Assembly: GCA_963847705.1 (NCBI GenBank)
Contig: CAWKBC010000030.1
Span: forward strand, 288,001 to 352,000
Length of the DNA stretch: 64,000 nt
Direction: 5' to 3'
From: an uncultured Pseudomonadota bacterium
GTDB taxonomy: Bacteria > Myxococcota_A > Polyangia > Fen-1088
A program made the position numbers and the translations under genes. Below the pieces are notes generated by a model. The model was given only the letters and a program-made list of their open reading frames with translations, was not told the origin of the DNA and made no database searches. How positions within the stretch are numbered: the first letter of the stretch is position 1; every line of letters begins with the position of its first letter. Of this stretch, positions 56,936 to 64,000 are shown piece by piece.

Positions 56936-58618
56936 TCAGCGGCGCGCGCGACGGCGCCGTCCGGTCGCGCCGAGGGCGAGGGCCAACAGCGCCAGCCCCG
57001 CGCTCAATCCGCCGCGGCCTGGCCCCGCCGAATCGCAGGAGCAGCTGACGACGCCGCCCTCTTCGTGCGAGCCGGTGCCGCCGCTTCCCGACGCTGTCGT
57101 GCTGCCGCCCGCGCCCATCGGGGTGCCGCCGGCGCCGCTGCCGCCGGTGCCCCTGCCGCCCGTGCCGCTGGTCCCGACGAGCCCACCCGCACCGGTCGTT
57201 CCGACGACTCCGCCGGTCCCCGTCGTGCCGCCGCTTCCCGTCGAGCCGGGCGGCGGCGGGTCGCACTGGCCGCTGTGGCAGGCGGCGCCGCCGGGGCACT
57301 TCGCACCCGCGCAGGCGTCGCCGCAGCTCCCGTTGCTGCAGACCTCGCCCGCGCCGCAGGTCATCGTGTCGCAGCCGGTGTCGACACAGGCGCCCGTCGC
57401 GGAGCAGATCTGGCCGCTCGGGCAGGCCTGGCAAGAGCAGTTCTGGACGCAGACGCCGAGCACGCAGACCGAACCGTTGCAGGTGACGCCCTTGCAGGGG
57501 TCGACACAGACGCCGAGCTCGCAGATCTGGCTGGCCGGGCAGACGACGCCGTCGCAGCCGCCGACGCAGGTGCCGGACTGGCAGAGCTGCCCGGTCTTGC
57601 AGGTGACGCCGACGCACGAGGGATCGACGCAGAGGCCGTTCATGCAGACGAGCGGCGGGCCGCAGGGGAACTCGCTGTCGCTGCAGGGTCCGGTGCACTT
57701 TCCCTGCACACACACCTGACCGGTGGGGCAGAGATCGTCGCCGTCGTCGACCATCCCGTTGCAGTCGTTGTCGAGGTTGTCGCACTTCTCGGCGCTCGGC
57801 TTGATCGTCGGCACGCAGGTCGGGGAGCCGCCCACCACGCACTGGGTGATGCCGTTGGCGCAGACGCCCTGCATGGTGGTCTGGCAGGGGACGCCGCCGC
57901 CGTCGCAGGTGACGCCGCTGATGGCGAAGACCTTGTCGTTGAAGTCGCCGTCGTCGGGCCAGGAGGTCGCGTTCGCCCCCTCCCAGTCCTCCCAGGCCAT
58001 GTAGTACTCGTTCGAGGTCAAAGTTGATGCGTACGAGAGCATCAGCTTCCAGTAGCCGGGCATCTCGCCCGCTCCTGTGCAGCCCGAACAGTAGGCGTTG
58101 CGGGTGTCCTCCGAGTAGTAGACCGGAATGACTGCGCCGTTCGTTCCGACGGCCTTCATGAGAGCGAAGCCGACCAGACCGCCCCCGTAGTTTGGGTCGC
58201 TGCGGATGTCGGAGCTCGCGACGACGGCTCCGAGCTGCATTGGAAAGATCCCGATCGGGTAGACGGTGGGGGTCTGGGTGTGATTTGGATCGGCCGTCGC
58301 GTCGGGCACGTTGTACCAGCCGAGGCCACCGTTTGCCTGCGACTGGCTCAGCACCAGGGTCGCCTGGAAATTGCACAGCGGCATGAAGGTCGCCGGTGTG
58401 ATCGAAGCGTCTGCCACCGCGTTGATGTTCTCCATCGCGGTCTTGGTGAAGTAAGTCTGGAGAGTGGTTTCGGTGCTTCCTGGCACGGTCGCGGGGACCG
58501 CCATTCCGTTCGGCTCGACCACCTGCGCTACGGCCGAACGGCAGACGAACGCCAGCGCCAGAGCGGCGAGTGCAAAGCTAGATTCAGGACTTCCGGAGCG
58601 ACGGGCGGGGTGTTTCAT
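56936..58618 (-). CDS. Cys-rich cell-surface protein with DUF4114-like domain and MYXO-CTERM sorting signal
   Basis: AWEDW...DGDFNDKVF; EKCDNLDNDCNGMVDDG; repeated DPCxGVTC...C..G.C; SCSC + TM + RRRRARR. Confidence 0.85.
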   Translation of the reverse strand: MKHPARRSGSPESSFALAALALAFVCRSAVAQVVEPNGMAVPATVPGSTETTLQTYFTKTAMENINAVADASITPATFMPLCNFQATLVLSQSQANGGLGWYNVPDATADPNHTQTPTVYPIGIFPMQLGAVVASSDIRSDPNYGGGLVGFALMKAVGTNGAVIPVYYSEDTRNAYCSGCTGAGEMPGYWKLMLSYASTLTSNEYYMAWEDWEGANATSWPDDGDFNDKVFAISGVTCDGGGVPCQTTMQGVCANGITQCVVGGSPTCVPTIKPSAEKCDNLDNDCNGMVDDGDDLCPTGQVCVQGKCTGPCSDSEFPCGPPLVCMNGLCVDPSCVGVTCKTGQLCQSGTCVGGCDGVVCPASQICELGVCVDPCKGVTCNGSVCVLGVCVQNCSCQACPSGQICSATGACVDTGCDTMTCGAGEVCSNGSCGDACAGAKCPGGAACHSGQCDPPPPGSTGSGGTTGTGGVVGTTGAGGLVGTSGTGGRGTGGSGAGGTPMGAGGSTTASGSGGTGSHEEGGVVSCSCDSAGPGRGGLSAGLALLALALGATGRRRRARR

Positions 58619-58653
58619 GGGGCGGCCCTGTCCCTTTTCCGGAACCTACGCTC

Positions 58654-59211
58654 TCATTCACTGCCCGCTGCGTCAAGTGACCCACACCGCCCCCAGACGC
58701 CAGCCAGCGTGGCCACGTCCGCGGCGGTGGGGAGCACGGTGAGGTTGGCCGGGTTCATCAGCGAGGCCCGCACATCGGTGGGGATGTGGACGAGGCCGAA
58801 TGAATGGCCGATCTCGTGGGCGATGGTGATGGCCAGCTCGTCACCGACCAGATCGTCATTGATGTAGATCTGCCCGGAGGGGGCGTCGTACAGGCCGTGG
58901 AAGGGCGCGCCCGCCACCTGAAAGTGAACCGGCAACGTGGGGCCGGCGCCTCCATCTGCGGAGTTGCCTGACAGCAGGTCGCTCGCGGCGCTGGCGTTCC
59001 AGAGCGCGGCGCCGGCCGCCACGCCTTGAAGCTGGGCCGCGGTCGCGGTGGCGTCCGGGACCAGGGTCACCGGCGTGCAGGGATCGAACTTCACCGCCGG
59101 TCCGCTGGCCGCGGGATCTTGCCCACAACCGATCGCCGATGCGATTGCCACGACGACGGCGACGACGCGTGCGAGCGAAACGAGGGGGGCGGGGCTCAAA
59201 CTTCGGGCCAC
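58654..59211 (-). CDS. matrixin-like metzincin lipoprotein
   Basis: HEIGHSFGLVH, Met-turn SLMNP, lipobox AIGC. Confidence 0.85.
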   Translation of the reverse strand: MARSLSPAPLVSLARVVAVVVAIASAIGCGQDPAASGPAVKFDPCTPVTLVPDATATAAQLQGVAAGAALWNASAASDLLSGNSADGGAGPTLPVHFQVAGAPFHGLYDAPSGQIYINDDLVGDELAITIAHEIGHSFGLVHIPTDVRASLMNPANLTVLPTAADVATLAGVWGRCGSLDAAGSE

Positions 59212-59280
59212 GGGGAAGGCCGCAATCCTAACGGGATCGAAGGCGGGCGCACCGAAAAATCAAAGCTCAACCAACGAAAA

Positions 59281-59305
59281 GAACGATTCGTTCAACGATT
59301 CGTTG
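59281..59305. promoter_or_regulatory. tandem palindromic operator-like sites
   Basis: GAACGA-T-TCGTTC and CAACGA-T-TCGTTG back to back in a divergent intergenic region. Confidence 0.6.
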
Positions 59306-59411
59306 CGGTTGAGCCGTAATCCGCTCACCGATGCCCGTCCTTGTCGACGGCGCGACGATGGACATAACTAGGACAGAGAACGGGTAGGAACAAGTAGGGG
59401 AGGAGGGGACG

Positions 59412-60443
59412 ATGAAGGTGCTTTCTTTGTTCGTTGTGCCAGCTGTTCTGGCTCTCGGGATCTCGGCGGCCAAGGCCGATCCGAGTCCGAATCCCGAAAT
59501 GGGTGGGGCGCAGACGATGCCGAGCGGCGCCGAGGCGCAGACGCCACCGCCGGCGACGTATGATCCAGGGACCCCGGGCGTCGCGCCTGCGACGACACCG
59601 CCCGCGGTTCCGAGCGCCACCGACACACCGGTTCCGCCGGCGACGCCGAGCGCCACCGACACGACGGCCGCGCCGGCGACGCCGAGCGCCACCGACACGA
59701 CGGTCACACCGGCCGCCACGGCCCCTCCGGCGACGACGCCCGCGGAGACCAATCCTGCGTCGCCGCCGCCCGGAACGCCGGTCGCGCCGACGCCGCCGGG
59801 GGGGACCAGCATGGCGATCCCGCCGCCGCCGAACGGCCAGGTCACCGAGTCGGTCCCGGTGGCACCGCTGCCGCCCGTGCCGGGCGCACCGGAAGGTGTC
59901 TACCCAGGCGCGAGTGTCTACTCGCACGTCGGCGTCGGCCTGCTGGTCGGCGGCGGCTTCAACGACTACACCAACGGTCGTCTCCAGAACGTCACCGGCG
60001 ACGGCGGCTACTGGACGGCCCGTGTCGTGGCCGGCACGCGCGAGTACGTGGGGATGGAGGCCGCCTATATCGGTGACGCCCGCAGCATCACGGGGCTGGG
60101 GTTCAACAACGACTCGCGGCTGATCTCCAACGGCCTGTCGGGGAATCTGCGCGTCAACATCCCGATCGCGCGCGGGGCGTCGTTGATCGAGCCGTTCGGC
60201 TTCGTCGGCGTCGGTTGGTCGCACTACACCGTCACCAACAACAACGTCCAGCTGTCGGACGTGATCTCGTCGGACAACGTGCTCACGCTGCCGTACGGCG
60301 GGGGGCTGGAGTTCGCCTACAAGGGCTTCATGGCCGACGCGCGGTTCACGTACACGCAGACCTACTACAACAACCTCACCGAGACGATCGGCGGAAACCT
60401 CAACAACTGGGGGGTCGGCGGCCAGATCGGCTTCGAGTACTGA
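59412..60443 (+). CDS. outer-membrane beta-barrel protein with Pro/Thr-rich N-terminal repeats
   Basis: Strong RBS; signal peptide; (A)TPSATDT x3; about 8 amphipathic strands; terminal GQIGFEY. Confidence 0.85.
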   Translation: MKVLSLFVVPAVLALGISAAKADPSPNPEMGGAQTMPSGAEAQTPPPATYDPGTPGVAPATTPPAVPSATDTPVPPATPSATDTTAAPATPSATDTTVTPAATAPPATTPAETNPASPPPGTPVAPTPPGGTSMAIPPPPNGQVTESVPVAPLPPVPGAPEGVYPGASVYSHVGVGLLVGGGFNDYTNGRLQNVTGDGGYWTARVVAGTREYVGMEAAYIGDARSITGLGFNNDSRLISNGLSGNLRVNIPIARGASLIEPFGFVGVGWSHYTVTNNNVQLSDVISSDNVLTLPYGGGLEFAYKGFMADARFTYTQTYYNNLTETIGGNLNNWGVGGQIGFEY

Positions 60444-60585
60444 CGGCCCGGCCCGCGGCGCCACACGTCGGCGCCGCGGCGCCAGACGTCAACAGGTCTG
60501 GCGACACGCCCTTTCCGCCGTCGGCGGGAGGGGCGTTGCTTCGTGAGGGCGTGCTATCTATCGTTCTTCGAGAAGAGCAGACCCC

Positions 60586-62940
60586 TTGCAGCCTGGCGCA
60601 CCCGGATCCACTGGCCCCGCACACCGTCGACTGTCGGTGGTCGCGGCGGAGACCGAACGGGACCCCGTCTGCGGCATGATGGTCTCGGCGGCGGCGCCGG
60701 AGCGCGCCAGCTTCGAGGGGCGGACCTACTTCTTCTGTTGCGCCGGCTGCCGCACGAAGTTCGAGGCGACGCCCCGCGCCTATCTCGACGTCGATCGGAG
60801 CGGCGGCGCGCCGCCGCCGGCGCACGTCACCCCGCCGGTGAGCGCGGAGAGGGAGTCCGGGTGGACCTGCCCGATGCACCCGGAGATACGCCGCGCCAGT
60901 CCAGGCGACTGCCCCCTCTGTGGCATGGCGCTCGAGCCGCTCGCGCCGGCGGGAGCGTCGGACGCCAATCCGGAGCTCGCCGACATGACGCGGCGTTTTT
61001 GGGTGAGCGCCGCGCTCACCCTGCCGGTGGTGGCGCTGGCGATGGCGTCGCTGGAGGGGCCCTGGGTGCCGTGGGTGGAGGCGATCCTGGCGGGGATCGT
61101 GGTGATGTGGGGCGGCCAGATCTTCTTCGCGCGCGCGCTGGCGTCGCTGGGAAACCGCCGCTGGAACATGTTCACGCTGATCGGGCTCGGGGTGGCGGTC
61201 TCCTACGGCTACAGCCTGATCGTCCTGGCGTTCCCCGACCTGATGCAGCCGCTGCTTCGGGGCAGCAAGGCGGCAGCGCCCGTCTACTTCGAGGCCGCGG
61301 CGACGATCGTCACCCTGGTGTTGCTGGGGCAGGTGCTGGAGCTCCGCGCGCGCCACCAGACGGGGGCGGCCATCCGGGCGCTGCTCGACCTTTCGCCCAA
61401 GCGCGCGCTCCGGATCCGGCCCGACGGCGGCGACGAGGAGGTTCTGCTCGGCGAGGTGGCCGTCGGCGACCGCCTGCGGGTGCGCGCCGGCGAGAAGATC
61501 CCGGTCGACGGTCGCGTGCTCGAAGGGGAGAGCGCCGTGGACGAGTCGATGCTCACCGGCGAGCCGATCCCGGCCGCCAAAGCGCCGGGCGACCGCCTGG
61601 TGGGCGCCACCTTGAACGGCACCGGCGCGCTGGTGATGCGCGCCGAGCGGGTGGGGCGCGAGACGCTGCTGGCCCAGATCGTCCGCTTGGTCGGCGAGGC
61701 GCAGCGGAGCCGGGCGCCGATCCAGCGGATGGCCGACGTCGTCTCGGGGGTGTTCGTGCCGGTCGTCGTCGGCGTGGCCGTCGTCGCCTTCCTGGCCTGG
61801 GCGCTGGTCGGCCCGGCGCCGCGGCTTCCGCACGCGCTCCTGGCCGCGGTCTCGGTGCTGATCATCGCCTGCCCCTGCGCGCTCGGCCTGGCGACGCCGA
61901 TGTCGATCCTGGTGGCGACCGGCAAGGCGGCGGCGGCCGGGGTTCTCTTCAAGAACGCCGAGGCGCTGGAGATCCTGCACCAGGTCGACACCCTGGTGCT
62001 CGACAAGACCGGGACCTTGACCGAGGGCAAGCCGCAGCTGATCTCCGTCGTCGTGACCGGCGCCGACAGCGAGGCGACTCTGTTGCGGCTGGCGGCCTCG
62101 CTGGAGCGCGCCAGCGAGCACCCGCTGGCGGCGGCGATCGTTCGCGGCGCGGCGGATCGTGGCGTTGCGCTGGGCGAGGCCACCGGCGTCGAGGCGCTGG
62201 CCGGCCGCGGTGTCCGCGGGCGCGTCGACGGCCGCACGGTCGCGCTGGGGAACGCGCGCCTCCTCGCCGAGCTGGGTGTCGACGGTGGGGCCGCGACGGC
62301 GCGCGCCGACGAGCTGCGCGCCGCCGGCGAGACGGTCGCGCTCGTCGTCGTCGATGGGCGACTGGCGGGCGTGCTGGGGCTCTCCGATCCGATCAAGGCG
62401 GGGGCGGCAGAGGTGATCGCCGCGCTCCGGGCCGATGGGCTGCGGACGGTGATGCTCACCGGCGACAATCGGGTGACCGCGGAGGCGGTCGGGCGCCAGC
62501 TGGGCATCGACGAGCTGGTGGCGGAGGTCCTGCCGGCCGAGAAGGCTGCCGTCATCGAGAAGCTCCAGTCCGAAGGGCGGGTGGTGGCGATGGCCGGCGA
62601 CGGCATCAACGACGCGCCGGCGCTGGCCCGCGCCCAGGTCGGCATCGCGATGGGGACCGGCAGCGACATCGCGCTGGAGAGCGCCGGCGTCACGCTGCTG
62701 AAAGGCGACCTGGGCGGCATCCTGCGGGCGCGCCGCCTGTCGCGGCTGACGATCGCCAACATCAAACAGAACCTGGCCTTCGCCTTTCTCTACAACGCGC
62801 TCGGCGTCCCGATCGCGGCCGGCCTGCTCTATCCGCTCTTTCGTCTGCAGCTCACCCCGGAGATCGCTGCGGCCGCGATGGCGCTCTCCTCGGTCTCCGT
62901 GGTGGGCAACGCGCTCCGGCTGCGGGGCAAGCAAATCTGA
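60586..62940 (+). CDS. copA: copper-translocating P1B-type ATPase with YHS and CPMHP metal-binding domains
   Basis: DPVCGM...[61 protein letters not shown]. Confidence 0.95.
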   Translation: MQPGAPGSTGPAHRRLSVVAAETERDPVCGMMVSAAAPERASFEGRTYFFCCAGCRTKFEATPRAYLDVDRSGGAPPPAHVTPPVSAERESGWTCPMHPEIRRASPGDCPLCGMALEPLAPAGASDANPELADMTRRFWVSAALTLPVVALAMASLEGPWVPWVEAILAGIVVMWGGQIFFARALASLGNRRWNMFTLIGLGVAVSYGYSLIVLAFPDLMQPLLRGSKAAAPVYFEAAATIVTLVLLGQVLELRARHQTGAAIRALLDLSPKRALRIRPDGGDEEVLLGEVAVGDRLRVRAGEKIPVDGRVLEGESAVDESMLTGEPIPAAKAPGDRLVGATLNGTGALVMRAERVGRETLLAQIVRLVGEAQRSRAPIQRMADVVSGVFVPVVVGVAVVAFLAWALVGPAPRLPHALLAAVSVLIIACPCALGLATPMSILVATGKAAAAGVLFKNAEALEILHQVDTLVLDKTGTLTEGKPQLISVVVTGADSEATLLRLAASLERASEHPLAAAIVRGAADRGVALGEATGVEALAGRGVRGRVDGRTVALGNARLLAELGVDGGAATARADELRAAGETVALVVVDGRLAGVLGLSDPIKAGAAEVIAALRADGLRTVMLTGDNRVTAEAVGRQLGIDELVAEVLPAEKAAVIEKLQSEGRVVAMAGDGINDAPALARAQVGIAMGTGSDIALESAGVTLLKGDLGGILRARRLSRLTIANIKQNLAFAFLYNALGVPIAAGLLYPLFRLQLTPEIAAAAMALSSVSVVGNALRLRGKQI

Positions 62941-62980
62941 GTCGCGCCTCCGACCGCGCGCGCCATCCGTCGGTGGCAGC

Positions 62981-64000
62981 TCAGGGAAGCGGCGCCAGGT
63001 AGAGCCCCGCCTGGGGGCTGCCGTCGTTGAACGAGAATGCGACCCGGTCCTTCGCCCGGGTCAGATAAAAATAGGCGCCCGCGTGCGTCGCCACCACGGC
63101 TGGCGCCCCGTCCGTCGAGAAGTCCAGGGTTCGCAAGACCGCGCGCCCGGGGCGCTTGGCAACGGGCGCGTACTGGTCCGTGAACACGACCCGCGACCCG
63201 GCGTAGGCCAGAACGGTCCACCCGCCCTGCCCGTAGACGGTCGGAGGGCCTCCAGCCACCGGCGCCGCGGTGAACGTCCCGACCCCGTGCTGGTCGGCGG
63301 AGCTGAAGTAGAGCACCTCGCTGGCGTCCGCGGTGAACGCGCTGTCGAAGATGGTGGTGTTGACGTCCTTCGACAGCTGGGTGATCGGGCCGGCGGCCAT
63401 CGCAGAGGTGATCCAGAGATCTCCGTACCCGGGGCGCCTCCCTTCCACGGTCTGGAAGAGGAGCTGCTGGCCGTCGGGCGAGACGCCGGACATGGCCACG
63501 ACGCCGGTCGGGGCCAGCGGGACGGCGGGCCCGCCGGCGACCGGGACGCGCAGCACGGTTCCCGCGCTCCGCAAGAAGACGGCCGAGCCGTCGGGAGCCG
63601 TGATCAATCCATCGACGTCGCTGCCGATCGGGGTGGGCGCGCCTCCCGCGACGGGGACCAGGGAGGCGTTGCCGCTGGTGTCGATGAGGGCGACGAGGCC
63701 GCTCGCGCCCGGCACGACGCGAATCAAATTCTCGGCGGGGGTCAAGAGATCGACGACCGTGCCGCTGGCGGGATCGATCGACGAGATGGTCACCTCGGTC
63801 GATCCCGGCGCGCAGTGCGACGCCACGAACATCCCGCCCGTGAAAACGAAGACCGGCTGGCAGCCGCTGAGGAGTGAAATCGGGAGCAGCGTGGTGACCG
63901 GCGCCTTTCCGTCGATCCCCCCCAACACCAGGTTGCTGGTGGTGGCGTCGCTGCTGGTGAGGCCGGTGGCGAGGATCCGGGACCCGTCGTCGCTGACCGC
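62981..64000 (-). CDS. beta-propeller protein (5' end outside the window)
   Basis: SPDG/TADA/SDDG propeller turns; frame open to the window edge. Confidence 0.7.
   Translation of the reverse strand, partial: AVSDDGSRILATGLTSSDATTSNLVLGGIDGKAPVTTLLPISLLSGCQPVFVFTGGMFVASHCAPGSTEVTISSIDPASGTVVDLLTPAENLIRVVPGASGLVALIDTSGNASLVPVAGGAPTPIGSDVDGLITAPDGSAVFLRSAGTVLRVPVAGGPAVPLAPTGVVAMSGVSPDGQQLLFQTVEGRRPGYGDLWITSAMAAGPITQLSKDVNTTIFDSAFTADASEVLYFSSADQHGVGTFTAAPVAGGPPTVYGQGGWTVLAYAGSRVVFTDQYAPVAKRPGRAVLRTLDFSTDGAPAVVATHAGAYFYLTRAKDRVAFSFNDGSPQAGLYLAPLP

Noticed and set aside
56936-58618. TraA kin-recognition receptor
   Set aside because: Cys-rich repeats and MYXO-CTERM fit, but there is no adjacent traB/OmpA gene and the N-domain looks DUF4114-like

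Overview
Very GC-rich, gene-dense bacterial chromosomal window. It is inferred to be myxobacterial (Myxococcota, Polyangia-like) from a MYXO-CTERM protein, Gly/Thr-linker Cys-rich lipoproteins, ECF/anti-sigma-TPR modules and a kinase-AAA-TPR protein. I saw no rRNA, tRNA, CRISPR array, integrase or transposase. Main blocks: (1) a ~22 kb pectin/uronate utilisation locus (PL1 lyase, GH28, uxaC, exuT, DcaP-like porin, sugar-binding protein, degenerate GH8, two ECF/anti-sigma/beta-barrel modules) with no SusC/SusD; (2) a divergent circularly permuted ATP-grasp / alpha-E / transglutaminase locus; (3) a LysR / deleted oxidoreductase / TetA-like efflux islet, followed by ppc; (4) msrAB, ComEC-like MBL plus DUF3006, copA and others. 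The strongest candidate for an undescribed system is a translationally coupled gene pair at 51590-54222. The first protein carries two D-x3-H...H motifs with the spacing of the PmoC/AmoC CuC and CuD sites, plus a PmoA-like C-terminal segment. The second has PmoB-like topology with a predicted mature N-terminal His. Together they suggest a divergent relative of copper membrane monooxygenases. All five frameshifts in the window sit at GATCG motifs, which suggests methylation-linked long-read errors rather than true pseudogenes. All family assignments are from motif recognition and recall; no database searches were run.
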